Source of the DNA: Macrostomum lignano
Taxonomy: Eukaryota
DNA: 64,000 nt
NCBI GenBank assembly: GCA_002269645.1
Contig: NIVC01000389.1
Location: 44,665 to 108,664, forward strand
Reading direction: 5' to 3'
Positions 1 to 11,894 of this stretch are shown here, piece after piece. The notes beneath the pieces are model-generated. The model was not told the DNA's origin. It saw only the letters and a program-made list of their open reading frames with translations, and did not search any database. The translations under genes were made by a program, and so were the position numbers. Positions within the stretch are counted from its first letter, which is position 1. Every line of letters starts with the position of its first letter.

Positions 1-1813
1 ACGGCCGGCCAATCTCGCGGTCGGAGTTCGGGGAGCAGTTCTGGCGGCTGCACGACGATCTGACGGCTGCCACGGCGGCCACTTCCGGCTTTGAGTTCCC
101 GAGGTACTTCCGGTTTCTCACCTTCATGGCGCTGCGACTGTTTGTCGAACAGGCGGTGGACGTCGCCATCGTGGAGGTTGGCATCGGTGGGCGCTACGAC
201 AGCACGAACTTCATCAAAGAGCCGTGGGTGTGCGGCATCGCGTCGCTGGGACACGACCACACGGCGCTGCTGGGCGGCACGCTCGATAAAATTGCCTGGC
301 ACAAGGTGGGCTTAATAATAATAACAGTTGCAGTAGGGCTGCGGGCACCCTGATGCAACGCCTTCGGCGACATCGTTCCACAGCCAGCGGTGACAGCGTA
401 ATGCCTCTCGCCGGTTTTGTGACAATGTCGCTTAAAGTGCGCCAGGCCGGGTGCTCACAGCCCCTGGCTCTAATAATGAAATTGCCGAATATTACTAAGC
501 TAAGTGAGTTCCTAATGGCATTTAAACTCATCAATCCGCAGGCGGGCATCCTGAAGCCGGGCTGCATTGGCGTTACCTCGCCCGAACAGCCGGCCGAGTG
601 TCTGCCGGTGCTGGCCAGGGCGGCCGCGGCTGCCGGCTGCCCCATCCGGGTGTCGCCTCGCCTGACGGCCTTCGCCGGCTTCGAGCGTCTGGGCCTTGAC
701 GGCTACCAACAGCTGAATGCGGCTCTGGCGCTGCAGCTCGCTCGCCTGTGGCTTCGTCGGTACTCAGATGAGGCTGGCAGTGCTGGTAATAGATTTGAGC
801 CTTCCATCCGTGACGTCATCCGCTCTGTCAATGAAGATGACGTCAGTTTGAAAAACCTCTCTAAAAATTTCATACAATTTTCCAATAATGACCGCAATCG
901 CTGGACCTCCGCTAATGATAGCATCGTCAGCAGCCCAACGTCTTCCAATGGTGACGTCACAGATTCAGTTTCTAAAAATAGAGACGTTATACAGCTTGTA
1001 TCGCCGAATAATGACGTCATAGATCGAGTATCCACGAATGATGACGTTATAGATCTGAAATCAACTAATGGTGACGTCATAGATCCAGTATCAACTAATG
1101 GTGACGTCATAGATCCGGTATCAACTAATGTTGACGTCATAGATCCGGTATCAACTGATGGTGACGCCATAGAAGCACCGCGCACGCTGTCGATATTTGC
1201 TCTACCAGAAGCATTTGTTGACGCAATTTCGTCCACCCGCTGGCCGGGCAGGAACACCATCATCGTCAGGAAGGTGCCCACTGGTGACAGCTCCGAATGT
1301 ACCATCACCTTTTATATCGACGGAGCGCACACTATTGAAAGCTGTCCATTGGCTGGGGAATGGTTCTCCAAGTTGACATCCGGCTCGCCAGCAGTGGATG
1401 AGCGGGTGCTGATTTTCAATCGAACTGGGAATAGAAATCCCAATGAGCTGCTTGAGAGCTTGATCGGTGCTCGCAGTGGACAGTTTCCGTTACAATTTTC
1501 GGCCGGTCTGTTCTGTCCGAATCTCGTGGACGCTGAACCGGCCGCCCATCCGGAGCTGGTGAACCTGATGGTGTCGCCTGAAGCGGCCGAGACCGCTACA
1601 CAGCAGAATGCAAGCGCTTTCGCCTGTCTGATGCCGGCTGGCACAGAAACTGTTCAACTGTCTTGTCTTCGAGACGCTGTCGAATGGCTTCAATGCAGAG
1701 CGATGGCTGGACATCTTCGGTCTATTGCTGTGCTGGCAACTGGCAGTCTGCATCTGGTTGGCTGCCTGCTGGCCGTGCTGCAGCCTGAGGTGGCCGACGG
1801 TTGCGATGCTTGA
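1..1813 (+). CDS. FPGS: Folylpolyglutamate synthase, 3' part (5' end outside window); exons <3-305 and 542-1813, with a possible extra in-frame intron 786-1172
   Basis: Frame from base 3 reads ...PRYFRFLTFMALRLFVEQAVDVAIVEVGIGGRYDSTN...SLGHDHTALLG...IAWHK. A GT donor at 306 and a CAG acceptor ending at 541 join it to AGILKPG. Downstream motifs: QQLNAALALQL, TRWPGR, FYIDGAHT, C-terminal LATGSLHLVG. All are hallmark FPGS/FolC motifs. Confidence 0.95.
940..1170 (+). repeat. 30-bp degenerate tandem repeat (STNGDVIDPV) inside the FPGS reading frame
   Basis: Units such as TCAACTAATGGTGACGTCATAGATCCAGTA, about 6-7 copies, most containing TGACGTCA. Confidence 0.85.
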
Positions 1814-1831
1814 CTGTTAGGGATGGAGATC

Positions 1832-3806
1832 GTTGCATCCCCCATTCTTCACGTCCAAATCTTTGCATCCCCCATTCTTCACATCCAAATCTTTGCATCC
1901 CCCATTTTTCACGTCCAAATCTTTGCATCCCCCATTCTTCACATCCAAATCTTTGCATCCCCCATTTTTCACGTCCAAATCTTTGCATCTCCCATTCTTC
2001 ACGTCCAAATCTTTGCATTCCACATTCTTCACGTCCAAATCTTTGCACCCCCATTCTTCACGTCCAAATCTTTGCATCCCCCATTCTTCACGTCCAAATC
2101 TTTTCACCCCCCATTCTTCACGTCCAAATCTTTGCATCCCCCATTCTTCACGTCCAAATCTCCTCACCCCCCATTCTTCACGTCCAAATCTTTGCATCCC
2201 CCATTCTTCACGTCCAAATCTCTGCACCCCCCATTCTTCACGTCCAAATCTCTGCACCCCCCATTCTTCACGTCCAAATCTTTGCATCCCACAATCTTCA
2301 CGTCCAAATCTTTGCATCCCCCATTCTTCACGTCCAAATCTCTGCACCCCCCATTCTTCACGTCCAAATCTCTGCATCCCCATTCTTCACGTCCAAATCT
2401 TTGCATCCCCCATTCTTCACGTCCAAATCTCCTCACCCCCCATTCTTCACGTCCAAATCTCTGCATCCCCATTCTTCACGTCCAAATCTCCTCACCCCCC
2501 ATTCTTCACGTCCAAATCTCCTCACCCCCCATTCTTCACGTCCAAATCTTTGCATCCCCCATTCTTCACGTCCAAATCTCCTCACCCCCCATTCTTCACG
2601 TCCAAATCTTTGCATCCCCCATTCTTCACGTCCAAATCTTTGCATCCCACAATCTTCACGTCCAAATCTCTGCACCCCCCATTCTTCACGTCCAAATCTC
2701 TGCACCCCCCATTCTTCACGTCCAAATCTCTGCACCCCCCATTCTTCACGTCCAAATCTTTGCATTCCACATTCTTCACGTCCAAATCTCTGCACCCCCC
2801 ATTCTTCACGTCCAAATCTCTGCACCCCCCATTCTTCACGTCCAAATCTCTGCATCCCCATTCTTCACGTCCAAATCTTTGCATCCCCCATTCTTCACGT
2901 CCAAATCTCTGCACCCCCCATTCTTCACGTCCAAATCTCTGCATCCCCATTCTTCACGTCCAAATCTCTGCACCCCCCATTCTTCACGTCCAAATCTCTG
3001 CACCCCCCATTCTTCACGTCCAAATCTTTGCATCCCACAATCTTCACGTCCAAATCTTTGCATCCCCCATTCTTCACGTCCAAATCTCTGCACCCCCCAT
3101 TCTTCACGTCCAAATCTCTGCATCCCCATTCTTCACGTCCAAATCTTTGCATCCCCCATTCTTCACGTCCAAATCTCCTCACCCCCCATTCTTCACGTCC
3201 AAATCTCTGCATCCCCATTCTTCACGTCCAAATCTCCTCACCCCCATTCTTCACGTCCAAATCTCCTCACCCCCCATTCTTCACGTCCAAATCTTTGCAT
3301 CCCCCATTCTTCACGTCCAAATCTCCTCACCCCCCATTCTTCACGTCCAAATCTTTGCATCCCCCATTCTTCACGTCCAAATCTTTGCATCCCACAATCT
3401 TCACGTCCAAATCTCTGCACCCCCCATTCTTCACGTCCAAATCTCTGCACCCCCCATTCTTCACGTCCAAATCTCTGCACCCCCCATTCTTCACGTCCAA
3501 ATCTTTGCATTCCACATTCTTCACGTCCAAATCTCTGCACCCCCCATTCTTCACGTCCAAATCTCTGCACCCCCCATTCTTCACGTCCAAATCTCTGCAT
3601 CCCCATTCTTCACGTCCAAATCTTTGCATCCCCCATTCTTCACGTCCAAATCTCTGCACCCCCCATTCTTCACGTCCAAATCTCTGCATCCCCATTCTTC
3701 ACGTCCAAATCTCCTCACCCCCATTCTTCACGTCCAAATCTCCTCACCCCCCATTCTTCACGTCCAAATCTTTGCATCCCCCATTCTTCACGTCCAAATC
3801 TCTGCA
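1832..3806. repeat. Minisatellite A, 30-bp unit (29-bp variants) with a 745-bp higher-order duplication
   Basis: Consensus CCCCATTCTTCACGTCCAAATCTTTGCATC. Identical artefactual ORFs at 2582-2950 and 3327-3695 are offset by 745 bp. Confidence 0.97.
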
Positions 3807-5915
3807 TCCCACAATCTACACATCCCAAATCTTCACATTCCACCATCTACACATCCCAAATCTTCACATTCCACAATCTGCACATTCCACAATCTGCACA
3901 TCCCACAATCTTCACATCACAATCTTCACATTCCACAATCTTCACATCACAATCTTCACATTCCACAATCTTCACATCACAATCTTCACATTCCACAATC
4001 TTCACATCACAATCTTCACATTCCACAATCTTCACATCACAATCTTCACATTCCACATTCTTCACATCACAATCTTCACATTCCACAATCTTCACATCAC
4101 AATCTTCACATTCCACAATCTTCACATCACAATCTTCACATTCCACAATCTTCACATCACAATCTTCACATTCCACAATCTTCACATCACAATCTTCACA
4201 TTCCACAATCTTCACATCACAATCTTCACATTCCACAATCTTCACATCACAATCTTCACATTCCACAATCTTCACATCACAATCTTCACATTCCACAATC
4301 TTCACATCACAATCTTCACATTCCACAATCTTCACATCACAATCTTCACATTCCACAATCTTCACATCACAATCTTCACATTCCACAATCTTCACATCAC
4401 AATCTTCACATTCCACAATCTTCACATCACAATCTTCACATTCCACAATCTTCACATCACAATCTTCACATTCCACAATCTTCACATCACAATCTTCACA
4501 TTCCACAATCTTCACATCACAATCTTCACATTCCACAATCTTCACATCACAATCTTCACATTCCACAATCTTCACATCACAATCTTCACATTCCACAATC
4601 TTCACATCACAATCTTCACATTCCACAATCTTCACATCACAATCTTCACATTCCACAATCTTCACATCACAATCTTCACATTCCACAATCTTCACATCAC
4701 AATCTTCACATTCCACAATCTTCACATCACAATCTTCACATTCCACAATCTTCACATCACAATCTTCACATTCCACAATCTTCACATCACAATCTTCACA
4801 TTCCACAATCTTCACATCACAATCTTCACATTCCACAATCTTCACATCACAATCTTCACATTCCACAATCTTCACATCACAATCTTCACATTCCACAATC
4901 TTCACATCACAATCTTCACATTCCACAATCTTCACATCACAATCTGCACATTCCACAATCTTCACATCACAATCTTCACATCACAATCTTCACATCACAA
5001 TCTTCACATTCCACAATCTTCACATCACAATCTTCACATTCCACAATCTTCACATCACAATCTTCACATTCCACAATCTTCACATCACAATCTTCACATT
5101 CCACAATCTTCACATCACAATCTTCACATTCTACAATCTTCACATCACAATCTTCACATTCCACAATCTTCACATCACAATCTTCACATTCCACAATCTT
5201 CACATCACAATCTTCACATTCCACAATCTTCACATCACAATCTTCACATTCCACAATCTTCACATCACAATCTTCACATTCCACAATCTTCACATCACAA
5301 TCTTCACATTCCACAATCTTCACATCACAATCTTCACATTCCACAATCTTCACATCACAATCTTCACATTCCACAATCTTCACATCACAATCTTCACATT
5401 CCACAATCTTCACATCACAATCTTCACATTCCACAATCTTCACATCACAATCTTCACATTCCACAATCTTCACATCACAATCTTCACATTCCACAATCTT
5501 CACATCACAATCTTCACATTCCACAATCTTCACATCACAATCTTCACATCACAATCTTCACATTCCACAATCTTCACATCACAATCTTCACATTCCACAA
5601 TCTTCACATCACAATCTTCACATTCCACAATCTTCACATCACAATCTTCACATTCCACAATCTTCACATCACAATCTTCACATTCCACAATCTTCACATC
5701 ACAATCTTCACATTCTACAATCTTCACATCACAATCTTCACATTCCACAATCTTCACATCACAATCTTCACATTCCACAATCTTCACATCACAATCTTCA
5801 CATTCCACAATCTTCACATCACAATCTTCACATTCCACAATCTTCACATCACAATCTTCACATTCCACAATCTTCACATCACAATCTTCACATTCCACAA
5901 TCTTCACATCACAAT
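3807..5915. repeat. Minisatellite B, 30-bp unit (16+14 subunits), almost perfectly homogeneous and G-free on the + strand
   Basis: TTCCACAATCTTCACATCACAATCTTCACA, about 67 copies. Transition zone 3807-3900. Extra 14-mers at ~4981 and ~5549. Confidence 0.97.
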
Positions 5916-6534
5916 CGTCGGAAAGTTTTCTGTTTTCAATCGTGTCAAAAATTGAATTTAACAATAAAAATTAGCTATTTGCATTCTGAATTGCTGCCAA
6001 ATAGCATTTTACATGCATGTCTTTACCAGTAAATTTAAAGGCTAAAGTGCTTTATATGCTACTTTTATCATCTTAGAGATACGCCAGTATGTCAGCATTC
6101 GACATGCTTTGTTGTGGCTGTTGAAAATATCACTAATATTAATTCATGCAGCACTACTTTACAAGTAACTTATCTAATAAGCATTTTTATTGGATTTCTA
6201 ATTTTAATTGTATTGCTTTTGGCTATGCGTGTACTTTCCGATTTTTGTAGCAACTGTTTTTGTATTTTTTCACTCTTATTCAATATTCTTTAGTTAGTTG
6301 GATTTTTATGCTAGCAAGACCGAAAATCTTTTTATAAATTGACGGCAAGGAGTGATTTTTTGATATTTTATTTTTCAAAGAAAATTAAATCGCCTATAAT
6401 TGAACAAAATAATATTTGCTACTTATAGTAGGTTACTGTGTCTCTGAGTTCTTTCATCTTTTCTGTCTGCTAAGTTTAGAGTTAAGTAGAAGATGAGGGA
6501 CTTGAAACCTGTATAGTTGAGACAGAATGAGAAC

Positions 6535-6830
6535 TTGGGATCCTTAGAGACTTGGGATTTGGGAGGGACTTGGGATCCTTCAGGATTTGGGATTCGGGAG
6601 GGACTTGGGATCCTTAGAGACTTGGGATTCGGGAGGGACTTGGCATCATTCAGGATTTGGGATTCGGGAGGGACTTGGCATCATTCAGGATTTGGGATTC
6701 GGGAGGGACTTGGGATCCTTCTGAATTTGGGATTCGGGAGGGACTTGGGATCCTTCGACCGCGATTTGGGATTCAGGGGGAACTTGGTATGATTCAGGAT
6801 TTTGGGATTTAAGACATGGGATCCCGTTAG
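6535..6830. repeat. G-rich ~36-bp degenerate tandem array with G-quadruplex motifs
   Basis: Units like GGGATTCGGGAGGGACTTGGGATCCTTCAGGATTT, about 7-8 copies. Confidence 0.85.
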
Positions 6831-7054
6831 ATGATGGATTTTGCTAGACTTCATTACTCAGAACCTAAGAATGTTTAAATATTCGCTAAGTATTCAAAAT
6901 TTCGTCATCATTGCAGGTTTGCACACTCCAAATCGCTAACGCCGCTTCCAACTTTGGCGGTTTAAAACAAAATTCCAGGCAAAGAAGACTTAAATAAGCA
7001 AATATTCGATTTCTAATTGAGGCTTAAGGCAAATATTACTTATTGCTTGTTGCT

Positions 7055-9256
7055 ATGGCCGCCGCGGCCGCAGCAGCAGCCGCCGCAGCATCTGCGGGCC
7101 CGCCGGGTCCCAGCGGCCGTGGCCTGGTGCTGTTCCAGAGCACCATCCAGAATGCCAGCATGCTGCTTGGCCAGCTGTCCGAACTGCAACTTCTGGAGGC
7201 TGTGCGCACCATCCACTCGTTGCAGGACCGGGCGTTGAGCATCCTGCTGCCCAGGTGTGGCAGGTCGCTTCAGATGCTCATGCAGCAGCCGCAGCATCAG
7301 CTATCGACACAGCCTCCTGCGCCACCACATCAGCAGCAACAACAGCAGCAACAGAAGCAGCAACAGCAACAGCATCGACAACTTCAACAACCGCGACCGC
7401 CGGCTCCTAGACCTTCGGCGCCAAGGCCGCAGCCGCCTCAGCAGCAGCAACAACAGCAGCAGCCGCCGCCACCACAGCAGCGTTTGGCTCCGCCAAGCTC
7501 CAGCCAAATGTCGGACTACACCGCCGCCTTGCCAGCTGTAGGCATCAAGCGATCTAACAGCGTGCCGGATCTGGCAGCAGATGAACCCGCGCCCAAGACG
7601 GCCAGGTTGTTGCAGGCGCAGCAGCAGCAGCAGCCGCCCCCGCCTCCTCCTCCTCCAACATCGGCTTCTTGCCAGCAGCGACCGCCAATGCCCGGCTTCA
7701 GCCATCAGCAGCGCCCGCCTCTGCCTCGGCCTCCACCGCCGCCGCCACCTCCGCTGCAGCATCTGCAGCAGATGCAACAAATGCAACAGATGCAGCACCG
7801 GGCCCAGCATCCTCAGCAGCATCCTCATCATCATCCTCCTCCTCAGCATCAGCATCCCCAGCATCCGGCAACTATGTCGCCTCATCGGCCCAGGCCGCCG
7901 TTGCCGCCGCAGTCGCCCCAGCAGTTGCCGCAGATGCCAACTTCGGCGGCAACAACGCGATTTCCGTTCGGTCTGCCGCCAGGCATGCCGCAGCAGCAGC
8001 CGCAGCACCGGCCGCCGCAGATGTCACCACATCATCTTGTGCAGCATCAGCAGCAGCCTCCGCATCCTCATCAGCATCCAGGAGTTCCTTCAGCTCAGCA
8101 GCAGCAGCAGCAGCGGAATACAATGTCTCCCGGCAAAATTCCGGCTTCGTCTTCTGCCGCCGCCGCCACCTCCTCCGCCGCCACTGCCGGAATTTTGACT
8201 GGCGGCGGCGGCGGCTATCGGCCGGCCCAGTCGCCTCATCAGCTACCGCCGTCTCAGCATCCGCAGCAACCAATGCCGCCGCCTCCGCCGTCGTATCAGC
8301 AGCAACAGCAGCAGCAAAGCCAGTACCGTCCCATGCAGCCGTCCTGCGATCTAGATGACGCCGACCAGCAGCAGCAGCAGCAGGACCGGATGATGTTTCA
8401 CCGATTCCGCACCGCGCAGTACCTGCTGCACCGGCCGAACTGCATGTCAGCTCCTGACAGGGACTTCGACAACCGACTGTTGCAGGCCTGGTTCAGCTGC
8501 CCGCCGAGGGAGCGGCCGAGGCTCTACCGTCAGGCTGACGCTATTATTTCTGACGTTGATCCGACCGGATGCCGACGTCGGCAAGCTCACGCCTTGATGT
8601 CGCATGTGCCGCATCAGCAGCATCATCAGCTGCATCAGCAGCAGCAGCAGCATCAGCAGCCTCAGCACTCGCCAATGCCCAGCCTGCCCAGCCTAGCAGC
8701 CCTAGCCAGTTCACCTACCCACGATCTCATCCCGCCTTTGGTTGTATCGCCGCGTCCTCAGCAGCAGCAGCAGCCGCAGCAACAGCGGCAACAGACGCAA
8801 CCAAACTCTGACGACGCCTCTGGCGGCGGTGGCAGCGGCTGCGCCAGCTCCGACTCGGTGCTCTCAGCCGCCATCGTCAAATCCGAGGCCACATTTGGTG
8901 CCGGCGCTGGCGGCGGTCTGGACGACGGCTACTGCCTGCAGCAGATGCACCTGCCGCTGCTCATGGAGCTGGAGCCGCCCGCTTCTGCCCAGCCTCCCGA
9001 CGGCGACGGCGACAACGGCAACCATGAAGGCGACGGCGAAAATCGATCGACAGCAACACCGAATATTGTTGCCAATGGCAACGGGGACAACAGCAACAAT
9101 GACAGCGGCGAGCAGCAGCAGCACGAGGAGCACCGGCCGACAGCAGAACCAGCCGAGGCACCAGCTGATGCCGCCGAAGCCGCCGCCACAACTGCCGAAT
9201 CCAACAACAACAGCGGCAACAGCAGCTCAGCGTTTAACGACAGCTCAGATGCTTGA
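7055..9256 (+). CDS. Intronless Q/P/H-rich nuclear-type protein (~733 aa) with an N-terminal helical motif and a divergent HMG-box-like segment
   Basis: ATG at 7055 (ctATGgcc) opens a 2.2-kb stop-free frame with GC3-rich codons and polyQ/polyP tracts. The segment MMFHRFRTAQYLLHRP...DFDNRLLQAWFSCPPRERPRLYRQADA has HMG-box-like W/EK-Y-A spacing. SUMO-type site VKSE and an acidic tail are present. Confidence 0.75.
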   Translation: MAAAAAAAAAAASAGPPGPSGRGLVLFQSTIQNASMLLGQLSELQLLEAVRTIHSLQDRALSILLPRCGRSLQMLMQQPQHQLSTQPPAPPHQQQQQQQQKQQQQQHRQLQQPRPPAPRPSAPRPQPPQQQQQQQQPPPPQQRLAPPSSSQMSDYTAALPAVGIKRSNSVPDLAADEPAPKTARLLQAQQQQQPPPPPPPPTSASCQQRPPMPGFSHQQRPPLPRPPPPPPPPLQHLQQMQQMQQMQHRAQHPQQHPHHHPPPQHQHPQHPATMSPHRPRPPLPPQSPQQLPQMPTSAATTRFPFGLPPGMPQQQPQHRPPQMSPHHLVQHQQQPPHPHQHPGVPSAQQQQQQRNTMSPGKIPASSSAAAATSSAATAGILTGGGGGYRPAQSPHQLPPSQHPQQPMPPPPPSYQQQQQQQSQYRPMQPSCDLDDADQQQQQQDRMMFHRFRTAQYLLHRPNCMSAPDRDFDNRLLQAWFSCPPRERPRLYRQADAIISDVDPTGCRRRQAHALMSHVPHQQHHQLHQQQQQHQQPQHSPMPSLPSLAALASSPTHDLIPPLVVSPRPQQQQQPQQQRQQTQPNSDDASGGGGSGCASSDSVLSAAIVKSEATFGAGAGGGLDDGYCLQQMHLPLLMELEPPASAQPPDGDGDNGNHEGDGENRSTATPNIVANGNGDNSNNDSGEQQQHEEHRPTAEPAEAPADAAEAAATTAESNNNSGNSSSAFNDSSDA

Positions 9257-9379
9257 CCGGTTCAGTTCCGTGCGCACTGTCCTTAGGATCGCTAGTAGTA
9301 TAGCAGAGACAGGGCAGTTCAACTTTATCGGAAGCATTCATTCAAGGCTAGCTTATGCATCGGTTTTCAACTCCTGATA

Positions 9380-9524
9380 TGAAAGGTGTCCAAAAAGTAA
9401 AGTGGGAAATTTCAACCTAGCTTACAGTTGGATTCAGATTCAGCTGCCGGCATTCACAAGTTACATCCAATCTAGTACGTTCAATCTAGGTTGAAACTCC
9501 CCACTACTTTTTGGACACCTCTCG
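9380..9524. mobile_element. Tc1/mariner-type MITE (145 bp)
   Basis: Imperfect TIRs of ~40 bp: left TGAAAGGTGTCCAAAAAGTA...TTTCAACCTAG, right reverse complement CGAGAGGTGTCCAAAAAGTAG...TTTCAACCTAG. Flanked by TA at 9378-9379 and 9525-9526. Confidence 0.75.
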
Positions 9525-10084
9525 TAAATTTGACGGCATTGTCCTTCCTCCTCTACTGCAAGCAGTTTTTTGCTATTTTATTTTCTCTGTCGATATCGAT
9601 ACAATCGTCACATCTTGTCACATTATATACTACTGCTATTGTTACTCAGTAGGCAAGTAGCGCATTTTTTGCATTCGAATCTTTTCCGCTTATTTTTTTA
9701 AACTTCCCTCGGTAGGTAATGATCTTTATGCAACGAAAAAAAGCAGCAGCATTCGAGCTCCTGAGATTAACTACAGTTTCTCCTACTAAATCAGCAGAGA
9801 GTTTGCTTTGTTGCATAAATTCCTTCCTTGTAGTTCAATAACAGCTTGAGAAGTTTTGTTGTTTTGTTATATATATTTTTAATTTTCAATTTAGGCCACA
9901 TATTTCTAAAGAAAACATTGCTTCTCCTCGCGTCCTTATAGTGTTATCCCTTCCAGTTGCCATGCTTCCAACAGTAACAGTTTTTGGCTGTAGTTTTGCG
10001 GGAGAAATTTTAATGCTCGGTTGCTGGCATCTATATACCTCAGCTAACTTATCTTGGTCAAACTCTCAAATCCTCTTGTTGAGT

Positions 10085-10985
10085 TGTCAGATCATCAGCT
10101 CACGCTCTCAGATCCCCAGCTCACACACTCAGATCCTCAGACTACACTCCCAGATCCTCAGCTCACACTCTCAGATCCCCAGCTCACACTCTCAGATCCT
10201 CAGCTCAACACTCTCAGATCCTCAGATCAAACTCTCAGATCCTCAGCTCACACTCTCAGATCCTCAGCTCACACTCTCAGATCCTCAGCTCACACTCTCA
10301 GATCCTCAGCTCACACTCTCAGATCCTCAGCTCACTCTCAGATCCTCAGCTCACACACTCAGATCCTCAGCTCACATTCTCAGATCCTCAGCTCAACACT
10401 CCCAGATCCTCAGATCACATTCTCAGATCCTCAGCTCAACACTCCCAGATCCTCAGATCACATTCTCAGATCCTCAGCTCACACTCTCAGATCCTCAGCT
10501 CACACTCTCAGATCCTCAGCTCACACTCTCAGATCCTCAGCTCACACTCTCAGATCCTCAGCTCACACTCTCTGATCCTCAGCTCACACTCTCAGATCCT
10601 CAGCTCACACTCTCAGATCCTCAGCTCACACTCTCAGATCCTCAGCTCACACTCTCAGATCCTCAGCTCACACTCTCAGATCCTCAGCTCACACTCTCAG
10701 ATCCTCAGCTCACACTCTCAGATCCTCAGCTCACACTCTCAGATCCTCAGCTCACTCTCAGATCCTCAGCTCAACACTCCCAGATCCTCAGATCACATTC
10801 TCAGATCCTCAGCTCACACTCTCAGATCCTCAGCTCACTATTCTCAGATCCTCAGCTCACACTCTCTGATCCTCAGCTCACACTCTCAGATCCTCAGCTC
10901 ACACTCTCAGATCCTCAGCTCACACTCTCTGATACTCAGCTCACACTCTCTGATCCTCAGCTCACACTCTCAGATCCTCAGCTCA
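10085..10985. repeat. 21-bp minisatellite
   Basis: CTCTCAGATCCTCAGCTCACA, about 43 copies with 19/22-bp variants. It explains the DPQLTLS ORFs. Confidence 0.95.
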
Positions 10986-11894
10986 CACTTCCAGTCCCTC
11001 AGGCGGACATTGCCACACTCAGATTCACAAATTGGGCAGAATTATTCAATCTTTCTTGCTTTTAAAATACTTGTAGCTTTTTCTGAACGTTCTTCCCAAG
11101 CTAGTAACATGTTGCGGCATTTTCTCAACTGATGAGAAAACTGACGTGATTGGCCCCCGATTTCTCAAAGCAAAGCGCAAGAAGTCCAGCTTTTTGGCAT
11201 AATAACAGCTAGCAACAGTTTATTAATTTGGTTAGTCTAGGTTGAATAGCATCAAATAATTGTGTATCAATTCGATCTATAATAAATTTCTCTTTTTTAT
11301 GTTGTTTTTTGTTAAATTAACAGAAAATTTTGTAAATAGCGTTCACTCTGATCGAGTCACAATACTGTCACATCGATGTCGTTCTTCTATAAACGCATCA
11401 TACATGCGCTAATGCTTGGACTTACCAATCTGTTAATAGTAAAGTACTTTATCGCAACAACTTGTGTAAAATATCCGAGTATTACCAAACATATAATTTT
11501 GCTTCTTATATAGTGATTAAATAAACACGTTAAACTCTACCAATTTTTGCTGAGGTGACTGACACAATCAGAATTCAGTTTTATAGTTGTAGTCTGAGAA
11601 AATATTCTGTTTTTCTTTACTTTTGCGTTTTTCTCCGTTTAATTTCGAGCCTTTTGACCATAGACTATGGAAAGCAATGGTTGGGCCACCCCCCTCCCCA
11701 CGATTGCTTTTTTCCATGGCTGCTCGATGCATTGTAGCTGTTGGGTTGTGATTAGTCTATGGCCGAGCTCCCCGTCTCCTAGGCTAGATAGCTAGTCTGT
11801 TGAAGTCCATAGAGGCGATAGAAAATTTTGTCTCTATCTCAGTTGTTTAGTATTTTAGCTACTTTTACTTGATTTGGCAAATCTCACATTAACT

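Noticed and set aside
1801-6032. Three overlapping ~1400-aa ORFs, plus KIVECEDCDV and MQRFGREEW ORFs on the - strand
   Set aside because: These are translations of 29/30-bp arrays whose C-rich strand lacks stop codons. All three frames are open and there is no unique domain.
7257-9377. Multiple alternative-frame and antisense ORFs over the Q-rich gene
   Set aside because: Shadow ORFs of CAG/CCG-rich coding sequence.
9941-11065. 374-aa DPQLTLS ORF
   Set aside because: Translation of the 21-bp minisatellite.
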